Shown here: positions 1-9,785 of the stretch, piece by piece
Layout of the letters: every line of letters begins with the position of its first letter
How positions within the stretch are numbered: position 1 is the stretch's first letter
From: Verrucomicrobiota bacterium
GTDB lineage: Bacteria > Verrucomicrobiota > Verrucomicrobiia > Verrucomicrobiales > V1-33
DNA length: 35,439 bases
Assembly (NCBI GenBank): GCA_031414455.1
Contig: JANNVM010000606.1
Coordinates: 1-35,439, forward strand
Reading direction: 5' to 3'
Notes under the pieces: generated by a model
The model's database searches: none
The model's input: only the letters and a program-made list of their open reading frames with translations
Told to the model about the DNA's origin: nothing
Made by a program: the position numbers and the translations under genes

Positions 1-732
1 GTGATCCACGCCGGGTGGACGTTCCGGGTTGTACATGGAGTCGGTCATGTCGCGCATGAAGACGACGTTCTTGCCCAGATAAACCTGCTGACGAATTCCG
101 AACGGACGACCGAGCACGCACATGTTCAGGTGAACCCCGCAAAGGATAACGTTGTCCACGCCGCGGGCGGTCAAAAGGTTCCAGGTTTCCTGGCCGTCAT
201 CGGTCAGGGCGTCGCCTTCCATGAGTTCGATGGCCGGGTGCTGGCGTTTCCACGGAGGAACAATCTCACATTTTACTCCGGTGCAGGAACAGCCCATGTC
301 GCTGTCATCCACCGGAAGGACCGCTTCGTGTTTGGGATCGGTCCAGCACCATGCCGTGCCCCAGCGGGGCGCGCTGGCGAGGGAAACGGGAGCTTTGGCA
401 AACGGTGCGGCCTGCGCGAGACGGCGCTGTGGTGTGTCTTTGTAAAAACCAGTGACGCTGCTGGGAGCGTGAATAATGAAGATGCCTTTGGTCCGCGCGG
501 TCTTCAGCATGGTGTTCATGGGACCGGCGAGTTCAGTGACACGGCGGGCCGCGCTTTTGCACCAATGATCGTCCCACATGTCGCAGACGATGATGGCGGT
601 TTTCGCGGGGTCCCATGCGGCCGGCTTTTCTACAACACCATCACCGGACTTCGGACGGGAACGCAGAGTGAGTTGCAGAGGATCGGCACGGAGCGTGGCT
701 ATCATTGCGAAGAGGAGGATCAGGGAGCGCAT
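1..732 (-). CDS. Secreted isochorismatase/nicotinamidase-like (cysteine hydrolase) protein, 3' end runs off window
   Basis: Not in the ORF track because it has no stop in the window. Manual translation from ATG 732 gives MRSLILLFAMIATLRADP...TAIIVCDMWDDHWCKSAARRV...IIHAPS...VILCGVHLNMCVLGRPFGIRQ...RDMTDSMYNP: signal peptide plus isochorismatase-type D and C motifs. Confidence 0.85.
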   Translation of the reverse strand, partial: MRSLILLFAMIATLRADPLQLTLRSRPKSGDGVVEKPAAWDPAKTAIIVCDMWDDHWCKSAARRVTELAGPMNTMLKTARTKGIFIIHAPSSVTGFYKDTPQRRLAQAAPFAKAPVSLASAPRWGTAWCWTDPKHEAVLPVDDSDMGCSCTGVKCEIVPPWKRQHPAIELMEGDALTDDGQETWNLLTARGVDNVILCGVHLNMCVLGRPFGIRQQVYLGKNVVFMRDMTDSMYNPERPPGVDH

Positions 733-797
733 GGCGGGAGCGTGGCCGTGTTTATGAAACCGGGCAACCCGTGAAAAAGCGCAAGCGCGCGGCCCGG

Positions 798-2084
798 TCA
801 TCGGGTGAAGGCACCGCTGATCCGGCGACCGGCGCGCGGCCTGCCGTTGAAATCGGTGTCCGTGAGGAACTTCGCATCGGCGTGCTCCAGCGGGGCTTCG
901 GCGACAGGCGCGGCATCGTGCTGCGCGGCATCCCAGGTCACTTTCAGAAAGTCCTCCAGGCCCCGGCCTTTCGCACAGCCGGTCATCGGTCCGTCACCCA
1001 GCGCCACATTGCCGCTGATAGTGATGCCGGTGCTGCCGTTCGCGAAGTGCAGGGCGTTGCCGTCGCGGGAGTAGAGGATGTTGTTGGCGAGCACCATGTC
1101 CTCACGGGCATTCCATGATCCGCCACGGAAGGCGTGGGTGCTGTTGATGATGGTGTTGTGGATGACGTGAAGGCTGCGGGTCTTCCCCGCATGATCGGTG
1201 CTGGCAAATCCCGCACCCTGACCGTTTATCATGACGTTGTTGCGCACGATGGCCTCGCCCTGCACCTGCATGACGTGATCGCCGCTGCTATAACAAATAT
1301 TGCGCTCAATGATGTTCACCGCCCTGCCGCCGGTGCCATAGACGGTGATGCAGGGGTAGTTGCAGTCGTGAACGTGGTTTTCCGCGATGAGATTGCCCCA
1401 CGATCCCTGTTTGACCTCAATGCCGTCACCCTGACTGCCGCGGCAGTCATGCACGTGATTCAGGGCGATAACACTTTCGCTCATGATATGATTCCCTTCA
1501 TGGCTGCCCAGATACATGCCCTCGGCATGGCCGGCCCCGTGATGAATGTGATTTCCGGTAATGTGCAGACGGCTGGTCGTTGCGCTGTTGGCGCTCAGGC
1601 AGACTTCGCCGGTGTGGTGAATATGGCACCGGTCGAGCCAGACATCGCTGCACTGCCCGAGCCTAACACCGTGACTGCCGCCGGTGATCTCCAGTCCGCG
1701 AAGGCACAGAAACTGCACCGGCCCTCCCTGCCCTGCATTGAGCACATTCTGGCGCGCATCGGGGCACGTGATGACGACTCTGGCCGCTTCCTTCGCCACG
1801 ATCCACACCGGAGCCTCCGCCGTGCCGCTGGCGCGGAGGTCCCACATTCGCCCGACACTGTAAGTCCCCGCGGCAATCGCCAGCCGGTCGCCCGGCTTCA
1901 GTGCTTCGACGGCCCTGACAAGTTCCGCCCCGGCCTGCTCCGCTGTGGCTCCGGCCTCTATGGCATGAGAAATCGTCCGCAGCGGGGCGACGTGCGCCCA
2001 CGCCGGTTCATAACGATCTGCAGCAGTGGAGTGGCCGGGGCAGAATAGAACAGCGAGGAGAGTCAGTATGGCGGCGTGGCACAT
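798..2084 (-). CDS. Secreted right-handed parallel beta-helix protein (pectate lyase-like fold)
   Basis: Signal peptide; LKPGDRLAIAAGTY cap; repeated IxxNxIH/VH coils (ITGNHIH, IALNHVH, IAENHVH, IERNICY, VRNNVM, VIHNTII); C-terminal DFNGRPR...GAF. Confidence 0.85.
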   Translation of the reverse strand: MCHAAILTLLAVLFCPGHSTAADRYEPAWAHVAPLRTISHAIEAGATAEQAGAELVRAVEALKPGDRLAIAAGTYSVGRMWDLRASGTAEAPVWIVAKEAARVVITCPDARQNVLNAGQGGPVQFLCLRGLEITGGSHGVRLGQCSDVWLDRCHIHHTGEVCLSANSATTSRLHITGNHIHHGAGHAEGMYLGSHEGNHIMSESVIALNHVHDCRGSQGDGIEVKQGSWGNLIAENHVHDCNYPCITVYGTGGRAVNIIERNICYSSGDHVMQVQGEAIVRNNVMINGQGAGFASTDHAGKTRSLHVIHNTIINSTHAFRGGSWNAREDMVLANNILYSRDGNALHFANGSTGITISGNVALGDGPMTGCAKGRGLEDFLKVTWDAAQHDAAPVAEAPLEHADAKFLTDTDFNGRPRAGRRISGAFTR

Positions 2085-2138
2085 GGGATTCGCGGGCGGA
2101 TGAGAATGAAACGGCGGACAGAGGTTCGACGCGACCGC

Positions 2139-3500
2139 TCACAACGACTCGAGGAACTTAACGAGTGCGGCGCGGTCGTCTTTGGTGAGGGCTTTGAACG
2201 CGTCGCGTGCGGCAATGGCTTCACCGCCGTGCCAAAGGATCGCTTCGGTGACCGTACGGGCACGGCCGTCGTGGAGGAAGAAGGCGTTGCCGTTCACGGC
2301 GGCATTGAGGCCGAGGCCCCAGAGCGGAGCGGTGCGCCACTCCGTGCCCGTGGCTTCGCCATCGGGGCGACCGTCCGCAAGGTCCGGCCCCATGTCATGC
2401 ACCAACAGGTCGGTGAAGGGATGAATGGTCAGGGCGCGGAGTTCCTCGAATGGATAGTCGCCTCCGGTCTGCATCTCCGGCAGGTGACACGCGGCGCAAT
2501 TGAGTTGACGAAACATCGCCGCGCCGCGCTGGACGGCGGGATCGCTAATGCCGCGCCGCGCAGGGACGCCAAGACCGCGGAGGTAGCTCTCCATACGGTC
2601 CATGACCAGCGTGTCGGCCTCGGGCTTTCCACCGTCGGGAAACGCGGTGAGTTTCGCAGCCTGGACAGCCGTATGATTTTCACCGGCATGTTCCGCTGAG
2701 GTGATGCCGATGTCGCCGGCGAACGCCTCGGCCGCCTGCTGACGCAGCGTCGGCTGATTCGCTTTCCACCCGAAGCGACCGGCGGCCTTCGCCTGCTTCG
2801 CCGAGTCCCACACTTGATTGAGCCGGCCGGAAATGCCGTCGTTGTTCTTGTCCTCCGGATCGGTGTTTTTTTCGAGATCCGCGACGGCAACGGCCTCCAG
2901 CAATCCCCCGCCAATCACCGGCGGTGCGAGGCGGGGGCTGATCAGCAGACCGGCGGCGGGCTCGCCGTAGTTCCAGCGGGCAATCGTAATGTCAGGACGG
3001 CGGAGTTTCACCACTTCGCCATCGGTGAGCGTCACGGAAGAATCCACCCAGGTCACTTTCACGTCCGCCTCAGCTTCCGCACCCGGCAAAGCGCGCACGG
3101 CGAGCTGGCCACCGTAGATGCTGTCAGGCGTTCCGTCCGCGGCACTGAGGCGCAGGAGCAGACCGGTCATCACTTCGTTGCCGGACGGCGGAGCGCCGCG
3201 ACCGTCGTTCACGTGACAGGAACTGCACGAACGCGCATGGAAGAGCGGGCCCAGTCCGTCGCGATTGGCTGCGGTCGCGGGAGCACTCACCCAGTTGTCT
3301 TTGAAGAAGGAATTGCCGACGTGAAACTCCCGTTTGTGCTGGCGGGACAGATTGGTCAGGGGCGCGGAGAAGGCTTGCTGGCCAGCAGTGGTGAGTCCGG
3401 GGGCCGCAGGGGTGGAAATGCAGAAGGAAAATGGAAAAAGGAAAAATCCGGAATGACAAATCATCCGCGGTCGCCATGCGATTGATTCGAGTTTATTCAT
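2139..3500 (-). CDS. Di-haem oxidoreductase family protein (DHOR, putative thiol oxidoreductase)
   Basis: Two CxxCH motifs (CSSCH, CAACH), DGLGPLFHARSC, GRFGWKA, WRTAPLWG and LHDGRART; lies directly behind an imelysin gene. Start uncertain (3551, 3506, 3500 or 3464). Confidence 0.9.
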   Translation of the reverse strand: MNKLESIAWRPRMICHSGFFLFPFSFCISTPAAPGLTTAGQQAFSAPLTNLSRQHKREFHVGNSFFKDNWVSAPATAANRDGLGPLFHARSCSSCHVNDGRGAPPSGNEVMTGLLLRLSAADGTPDSIYGGQLAVRALPGAEAEADVKVTWVDSSVTLTDGEVVKLRRPDITIARWNYGEPAAGLLISPRLAPPVIGGGLLEAVAVADLEKNTDPEDKNNDGISGRLNQVWDSAKQAKAAGRFGWKANQPTLRQQAAEAFAGDIGITSAEHAGENHTAVQAAKLTAFPDGGKPEADTLVMDRMESYLRGLGVPARRGISDPAVQRGAAMFRQLNCAACHLPEMQTGGDYPFEELRALTIHPFTDLLVHDMGPDLADGRPDGEATGTEWRTAPLWGLGLNAAVNGNAFFLHDGRARTVTEAILWHGGEAIAARDAFKALTKDDRAALVKFLESL

Positions 3501-3555
3501 TGTCATTGGCTGCCCGGGCTTCGCTCCGGCTCTGCATTCTTCATTTTGCATTTCC
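3414..3555. repeat. Inverted pair of degenerate heptamer arrays
   Basis: 3414-3447 ggaaatg-cagaagg-aaaatgg-aaaaagg-aaaaat; 3530-3555 reverse-complements to ggaaatg-caaaatg-aagaatg-cagag. Confidence 0.6.
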
Positions 3556-3556
3556 C

Positions 3557-4741
3557 TCAGCCTTCCACGCCTTCCGGCGGCACTTCGGGGACTTCGATGT
3601 TCAGGGAACGGGCCAGTTTGCGGAGTTCCGCACCGGTATCCTCGAGGGAGGTGATGAGGGCGAGTACCGCCTTGCGCCCGGGGGCGTCGTCCTCGCCAAG
3701 GATCGCTTGATCAAACGGCTGCGGGATGGCCTGTGCTTTAGCGAGATTCCCGTCGATGAGGGATGTCAGCGCCGGCTCCATGTCAGGCTGCACCGCGAGG
3801 CAGATGTCGCGCAGGCCGGGGCCCTCCAGTTTGACGCCGCCGGGTCTGACATAAACTCCGCGCCAGACATTTTGCAGGGCCGCAGCGTCCATGACATTGT
3901 CCTGCCAGGTGGTGTCACTGAAACAGGAGTGTTCGTTTTCCTGATCCCTCGTATCCCATGCCACCTGGAGGCGTTCGCCGGCGAGTTCGTTTTCACTGAG
4001 AAAGATGAGCGCGCTGATGATGCGCTCCACGGAATAGTCCACCCCCTCTTCAAACACGGAGCGAAAATTGGCATGATAGTTATTCGGGTCTTCAGGAGCC
4101 CATTCTTCCGTCAGGGAACCGAGCTGGCGCACGATGAGATCCGTGCACGCCTGGAGATACTCGCCGCGGCGTTTGGCGTTCGGCGCCGTGGTGTAGTCGG
4201 TGAACGACCGTGCTCCGGGCCCCGTGGCGCTGCGGTCCGGACCCCAGAGGAGGAACTCCACCGCATGCCAGCCGCAGGCGATGTTCTTTTCTCCATCGGT
4301 CTGATTCAGGCGCACCAGCACTTCGGGTGCAATTCGCGGATAGGTGCGCGTATTGCCGATGATCCCAGGATCCACACTGCCCGGCGGCGCTTCGATGAAA
4401 CTCTCATCCAGCGGCCAGGAATTGAGGAGCGGCTCCGGGCCGTCAGGGTCGTCAATGGGGCCGGCATAGAAACGATAGGCCTCCGACTGCAGATAAGGCC
4501 GGCGCGCCCCGATCCACGCTTTGCGTGCGGCCTCCATTTTTGCGGCATCCGGCGCGGCGAGAAATTCCCGCACCGCCGATTCCAGAACTTCCGCCTCCGC
4601 CACGCAGTCGGAGTAATTCGCCTGGATCAACTTCGCGTGATGCAGCACCACGGCCCGTTTGACCGTCGTCGCATCCGCAACCTGAGACCACACCGTGCGA
4701 GGCAGCAGTGTCAGTATGAGTATAAACAGTGGGCGGATCAT
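3557..4741 (-). CDS. Imelysin family (IrpA-like) iron-uptake-associated exported protein
   Basis: GWHAVEFLLWG (GxHxxE motif), LNSWPLDE and EHSCFSDTT; signal peptide from ATG 4741 (MIRPLFILILTLL). Confidence 0.92.
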   Translation of the reverse strand: MIRPLFILILTLLPRTVWSQVADATTVKRAVVLHHAKLIQANYSDCVAEAEVLESAVREFLAAPDAAKMEAARKAWIGARRPYLQSEAYRFYAGPIDDPDGPEPLLNSWPLDESFIEAPPGSVDPGIIGNTRTYPRIAPEVLVRLNQTDGEKNIACGWHAVEFLLWGPDRSATGPGARSFTDYTTAPNAKRRGEYLQACTDLIVRQLGSLTEEWAPEDPNNYHANFRSVFEEGVDYSVERIISALIFLSENELAGERLQVAWDTRDQENEHSCFSDTTWQDNVMDAAALQNVWRGVYVRPGGVKLEGPGLRDICLAVQPDMEPALTSLIDGNLAKAQAIPQPFDQAILGEDDAPGRKAVLALITSLEDTGAELRKLARSLNIEVPEVPPEGVEG

Positions 4742-4886
4742 GGCGGAATGACGGCAGACTACTGCGACGTTTATAAAACGCCAGCAGGCACCGAACCTCT
4801 CACGCATTATGGAAAGTATAGACTGGATTGGTTGCCCCTGACGCATTTCCGGTCAGACTCGGCGCCTGAGTCAACCTCTCCGCATC

Positions 4887-7800
4887 ATGAAACATTTCAT
4901 CTCCGTAATTAGCGCGATGCTCCTGGCCGGGGGAGCGGTCAAGGCACAGCAAACGATTCTCGCCCCATGGAACCACACGTGGGCCGTCATGCATCCGATG
5001 GGGGCGATGCCGGACGGACCAGCAGGACCGGATCCGGACTTTGACACCACCTGGTATCTGCCGGCGGCGGAGTTTGGGCTGCAATACAACGGGCCCCTGT
5101 TTGGCGGAGCGCAGAGCGGCACGGTCGCCACGGCCAACTCCTACGACTCCCGGCTCACTGAGGGCCCGGTCGGTTACGACGTCATTGGTTACTTCACTGC
5201 GGCGGGAGCGGAGTTCACCAGCTTTGGCGACAACGACGGCAATACGGCGAACGGGCGCGCGGGCAGCCTCACAACTCCAGCCAGCGGCCAGCGGCGTGCC
5301 GCCTACCTTCGCTCCACTTTTACCGTTCCGTCCGGCGGAGGCATGCTCATCAATCCCCGCATTCGCTATCTGATCGATGACGGCGCCTATCTCTACCTGG
5401 ACGGTGAACTTGTCGCAGCCATCAATATGGCGGCGACGACGCCTGCAAATCTCGACAGTTATGCCGCGACGCCCGAAATCGTCGCCCCAGCCACGGGCAA
5501 TGAAGGAGCCCTGCTGACTCTCGACCTCAGTCTGCCCGCCGGAGCGACGTCAGGGACCGCCCGCATCGTGAAGCAGACTCTCAGCCTAACCGAAGGCGGG
5601 CATACCCTCGCGCTCTCGGTTCGCAACAATGCCCTGACAAGTTCCGACATGGTGATTGCGCTTGAGCTTTCCGCCGACAACGGATGCACACTCGCAGCCA
5701 CCACGGAAACCGTCACCCGCAGCGATGCCGGCACGCCCTACGTTCCCGGAGATGATACCTTCTCCTTCAGGGCCACCGTCACCGGGGTGAATGCCGGGAC
5801 CACCTGGACGAGCGATGATGCGGCCGTAACTTCCGGCGCTTACGATACCCCGACGACGTTTGGTCCCTATCCCGTCACGGCCAGCCCGAAGGTGATCACT
5901 TTCACTTCCGCCTCCCTGCCGCCCTGCACCACGCAGGTCAGCGTGACGCCGCCCGGCGGCACCCTCCAGGCCGCGGTGCAGGCGTTCTCGCGCCATCAGC
6001 AGGGCACCGTGGATCCCGCCGACGACACCTTCACGTCGAGCGTGCTCGTGAGCGGACAGTTTGTATCGAATGCCTGGCGGATCGTGAGCACCACGCCTGC
6101 CGCCGCCGCCGCGGGCTCGCCGCCTGGCGGAACGACAGGAATCGCAACGTCCTTTGGTCCGTTCGGCGCAGGCAGCGCACCCGTTACGATCACCGTTGCC
6201 GACGCCGCCGATGCTTCCATCACCGCTCAGGTCGTGCTCGCCCCGCAGGCGTTCATCGGCAGCCGCTCCCTTGGCGGCGTGACCACCAGCTTTCTCTCGG
6301 CCGAGCCGCTGCCGTCTCAGTGGGTGGCCACCACGGCCCTCTCGCCGGTCATCACGATGTCGAATGCCGGCGGCGACATCTGGCGCGAGTTCCGCTCGCC
6401 CGTTTTTGACCTGACCAGCGCCGGACCCGTCGGCTTCGTGGCCGAACTCGTGGCCCGCGATACAAGCGCGACCTCGAACTTCGAAGACGTGGATGCCTTC
6501 CGCGCCAAACTCATCGTCACCACTACGGGCGGCACGTCGGAGATCAATCTCATCGCGCCCTTCGACACCAATGCGAACGGGATGCTCAACGGCAGTCCCG
6601 CTCCCTACGATGCCGCGGCGGATGAATTTAATCTCAAGCGCGAGGCGATCACCGTCTCCCTCAGCAATACCATGCGCCTTGAGGCCGTGGTGCCGGCGAA
6701 TGCGAACTCCGTGCAACTCGTGGTCGAAGCCAAAAGCATCGCCACGAACGAGTTCTTCGATGTCAGGAAGATCAGCTTCAGCGACCAGTGCGGCTTTGCC
6801 GTCGTCGCCTCAAATGTCACACGCAACCTTCAGGGCCAGCCGGGCAATCCTGCTGCGCACACGGTGGACTTCACGCTGCGCGCCAACCCAGCCGGAGCCG
6901 TTTCGCCCGCGGGTTGGGATGTCACATTCAACCGTCTTGGCACTCCGGTGGCCGGAGCCAATATCACTTCCGGGGCGTACAGCACCAATGTATCCGTCAC
7001 CGGCATGCCCGCTGAGGGCGTACCCATCACGGCCATTCTCAAGGACAAGGCCGATGCCTCCTGTTTCACCGGCGTGAACATCACGGTGCAGGCGCCTCCT
7101 CTCGAGGTGGGCACTCTCTCCGCCGGCGCGATCACCTCACCGGTCTTTTCCAGCGGCCCCGCCACCGGCTGGACGGCCATCGCCACTGGATCACAAATGA
7201 ACGCCGCGGCCGCCATCGGCGACTTCTCTACGAATGCCGTGGACCTCAGCGCGTTCAGCGGAACCGTTGCCTTTTCCATGACCCTCGAAGCCGAGGAAAC
7301 GAGCACGGGTTCCAACTTCGAGGACACCGACACCTTCCTCGCCGAACTCATTCTCTTTGATGGCACGAACACAACGACCGTGAATCTCGTAACGGCGTTC
7401 GACCGGAACGTCACCGGCCAGATGAACGGTGGCGTCACTGTTCCCGCGTATGACCCCGGCGCAGACGATTTTAATACCAACTCTGAAGCCGTAGCCGTGG
7501 CGTTGAAGAATAACTTTCTCCTGACGCACACCATTCCTGACAATATCCTCACCGCCACCCTCCATATCCGTGCGAGGGCGGATGCCGCCAGCGAGTTCCT
7601 GCGGATGCACAATGTCCGCTGGGCGGCCTCCTCGCTGCCCGGCTCCGCCGACCGCGATGGCGATGGCGTCACGGATGCCAGCGAAACCCTCGCCGGAACC
7701 GATCCGAACAGTTCCTCCTCCGTCTTCCGTGTCTCCAGCCTGACAATTTCCGGCAATACCGTGAGCGCCGGCTTCTCTACCGTGACCGGAAAATTCTACC

Positions 7801-7982
7801 ACGGTTACACCAGCACCAACCTGACCCAATGGACCCGCGACGACAGCCTTGCGGCCATCCCTGGTGACGGCAATGCCGCCGCATGGCCGTTCTCTCCCGT
7901 GCCGGTTTCCGGAACTCCCGCACGCTACTTCCGGGTGGCGGTTGGTGCGAGCGCCGGTGCGTTCCCTCCGTCGCAGCCATAG
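4887..7982 (+). CDS. Large secreted/surface modular protein (1031 aa) with a Verrucomicrobia-type C-terminal module
   Basis: Signal peptide ending VKA; jelly-roll-like AYLRSTF...IDDGAYLYLDG segment; internal repeats; C-terminal DRDGDGVTDASETLAGTDP...RYFRV. Confidence 0.8.
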   Translation: MKHFISVISAMLLAGGAVKAQQTILAPWNHTWAVMHPMGAMPDGPAGPDPDFDTTWYLPAAEFGLQYNGPLFGGAQSGTVATANSYDSRLTEGPVGYDVIGYFTAAGAEFTSFGDNDGNTANGRAGSLTTPASGQRRAAYLRSTFTVPSGGGMLINPRIRYLIDDGAYLYLDGELVAAINMAATTPANLDSYAATPEIVAPATGNEGALLTLDLSLPAGATSGTARIVKQTLSLTEGGHTLALSVRNNALTSSDMVIALELSADNGCTLAATTETVTRSDAGTPYVPGDDTFSFRATVTGVNAGTTWTSDDAAVTSGAYDTPTTFGPYPVTASPKVITFTSASLPPCTTQVSVTPPGGTLQAAVQAFSRHQQGTVDPADDTFTSSVLVSGQFVSNAWRIVSTTPAAAAAGSPPGGTTGIATSFGPFGAGSAPVTITVADAADASITAQVVLAPQAFIGSRSLGGVTTSFLSAEPLPSQWVATTALSPVITMSNAGGDIWREFRSPVFDLTSAGPVGFVAELVARDTSATSNFEDVDAFRAKLIVTTTGGTSEINLIAPFDTNANGMLNGSPAPYDAAADEFNLKREAITVSLSNTMRLEAVVPANANSVQLVVEAKSIATNEFFDVRKISFSDQCGFAVVASNVTRNLQGQPGNPAAHTVDFTLRANPAGAVSPAGWDVTFNRLGTPVAGANITSGAYSTNVSVTGMPAEGVPITAILKDKADASCFTGVNITVQAPPLEVGTLSAGAITSPVFSSGPATGWTAIATGSQMNAAAAIGDFSTNAVDLSAFSGTVAFSMTLEAEETSTGSNFEDTDTFLAELILFDGTNTTTVNLVTAFDRNVTGQMNGGVTVPAYDPGADDFNTNSEAVAVALKNNFLLTHTIPDNILTATLHIRARADAASEFLRMHNVRWAASSLPGSADRDGDGVTDASETLAGTDPNSSSSVFRVSSLTISGNTVSAGFSTVTGKFYHGYTSTNLTQWTRDDSLAAIPGDGNAAAWPFSPVPVSGTPARYFRVAVGASAGAFPPSQP

Positions 7983-7988
7983 GGCGCA

Positions 7989-9428
7989 TCACGCCAGCAG
8001 TTCCGTCACCACGCGCGCGGACTGGCCGTCGGTTAGAGTGACGTCGAGACCGTTGCGTTTGTAGATGAGCTTCGCGTGATCAAGCCCAAAGAGGTGCAGA
8101 AGCGTGGCGTGCCAGTCGTAGTGGTGAACCACATCCTTGACGGCCTTGTGCCCCCACTCGTCAGTCTCGCCGTGGGCATAACCGCCTTTGAAGCCGCCGC
8201 CCGCCATCCACGTCGAGAACCCGTGCGTGTTGTGATCGCGGCCCCATTTGTCTGGACCACCGTCGTTTTGCAGCACGGGCAGCCGACCCATTTCCCCGCC
8301 CCAGTGGACGACGGTGGAGTCAAGAAGTCCGCGCTGTTTGAGGTCCTTCACGAGCGCCGCGCACGGCTGATCCACCTCCCGGCAGCGGTTGGGGAGTTCG
8401 CCGCGGAGGGAGCCGTGATGATCCCATGACTGGCCCTGATTGAGCACCTGGACGAAGCGCACGCCGCGCTCCACCAGCCGCCGGGCAATGAGACACCGCG
8501 TGGCATAGTCGCGCGTGTGGTCCTGATCGAGGCCATACATCTTTTTAATGTGCTCCGGCTCGCCGCTGAGATCGAAGGCCTCTTTCGCGGCGTGCTGCAT
8601 TCGTGCGGCGAGGGCATAACTTTGAATGCGGGCATCGAGATCGCTGTCGCCGGCATGACGGGTGAGATGGTTTTTGTTCAGCACGTTGAGCAGTTCAAGC
8701 TGGCGCTGCTGCCCGGATCCTGACAATTGCGGCGGGGCATCCAGATTGAGAATGTGAGGCTCGCCGGGACGCACCATGGTGCCCTGATACACTGCCGGCA
8801 GCCAGCCGGCCGTCCAGTTTTCGTTGTTCATCAGCGGCTGCCCGTGCGGACTCGTCAGCGCCAAATAGGCCGGCAGATCCTGCGTCTCACTGCCGAGACC
8901 ATAACTCAGCCATGAACCCAGCGTCGGCCGCCCGGGCGTGACGCGACCGCTGTGCAGCGCATACATGGACTGTCCGTGATTGTTCACGCCCGTCTGCATC
9001 GACCGGATGAGCGCGATGTCGTCCACGATCTCCGAAAGGTGGGGAAGCAGTTCGCTGATCTCCATGCCGCACTGCCCGCGCGGCGCGAACTTCCATGGAC
9101 TGCCGAACACCTTGCTGCTCGCCTCCGCGGCATTGTCGTAACGGATTTCTCCGGGGAATTTCTGCAGGTGGTACTTCGTCAGTTGCGGCTTCGGATCGAA
9201 CAAATCCATCTGGCTCGGCCCGCCGATCATGAAGAGCGAGATCATCGCCTTTGCCTGCCCGCGCCGCGGCGACGGCTTCTTTGTCAGGTCAAATGTCTCC
9301 GCCCCCGTGAGCGGTTTGGTCGGTGCCGCGAGCAGTCCGTCGCGGCTCAGCAGCCACGGCAGCGCCAGCGAGCCAAGGCTGAAGGCATTGGCCCGGAGGA
9401 AATGGCGGCGGGAGAGAAGTGATTGCAT
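7989..9428 (-). CDS. DUF1501 domain protein (Tat-exported, PVC-type)
   Basis: SRRHFL Tat motif; LFMIGGPSQMDLFDPKP; CLIARRLVERGVRFVQ; WDHH; GEMGRLP; GRDHN. Confidence 0.93.
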   Translation of the reverse strand: MQSLLSRRHFLRANAFSLGSLALPWLLSRDGLLAAPTKPLTGAETFDLTKKPSPRRGQAKAMISLFMIGGPSQMDLFDPKPQLTKYHLQKFPGEIRYDNAAEASSKVFGSPWKFAPRGQCGMEISELLPHLSEIVDDIALIRSMQTGVNNHGQSMYALHSGRVTPGRPTLGSWLSYGLGSETQDLPAYLALTSPHGQPLMNNENWTAGWLPAVYQGTMVRPGEPHILNLDAPPQLSGSGQQRQLELLNVLNKNHLTRHAGDSDLDARIQSYALAARMQHAAKEAFDLSGEPEHIKKMYGLDQDHTRDYATRCLIARRLVERGVRFVQVLNQGQSWDHHGSLRGELPNRCREVDQPCAALVKDLKQRGLLDSTVVHWGGEMGRLPVLQNDGGPDKWGRDHNTHGFSTWMAGGGFKGGYAHGETDEWGHKAVKDVVHHYDWHATLLHLFGLDHAKLIYKRNGLDVTLTDGQSARVVTELLA

Positions 9429-9485
9429 AACGGAATTTGATGGCCGGTTCAGAGAACCGAATACGCAACCTCACGGCGGCTTTAA

Positions 9486-9785
9486 TCAACGCGTTCCCCT
9501 TAGCTCTTTCGAAATCCAGCGCGGATTCCTCCGGCAATCCAGGATCCGAAACACAAGGACCTCACCTTCCGAAATCCGATAGTAAACCGCATGAGGAAAC
9601 CGGCTGGCGATAAGACGGTGGAAGCCGAAAACCTGCCGGTGGACACCAGCAAGACTCTCCAAACTCAAAACATCTGTTTTGATACCGTTCAGAAAATAGC
9701 TGCCGGCTCCGGGATCCTGGCATTCGTAAAAGTCCCGTCCCTCTGCCAAATTGCGTTGAACCGTGCGTAGAATCCGTACCGTCAC
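9486..9785 (-). CDS. Type II toxin, RelE/ParE family
   Basis: 99 aa; FYECQDPGAGSYF...HRLIASRFPHAVYY...ILDCRRNP; the GTG start overlaps the antitoxin stop (GTGA). Confidence 0.85.
   Translation of the reverse strand: MTVRILRTVQRNLAEGRDFYECQDPGAGSYFLNGIKTDVLSLESLAGVHRQVFGFHRLIASRFPHAVYYRISEGEVLVFRILDCRRNPRWISKELRGTR

Noticed and set aside
1-774. 257-aa + strand ORF in the track
   Set aside because: Antisense shadow of the minus-strand isochorismatase-like gene, which has a signal peptide and family motifs.
3431-4912. 493-aa + strand ORF, and similar long antisense ORFs (1134-2048, 5586-6716, 20902-21963, 33580-34842)
   Set aside because: Shadow ORFs expected opposite GC-rich genes; no recognisable motifs.
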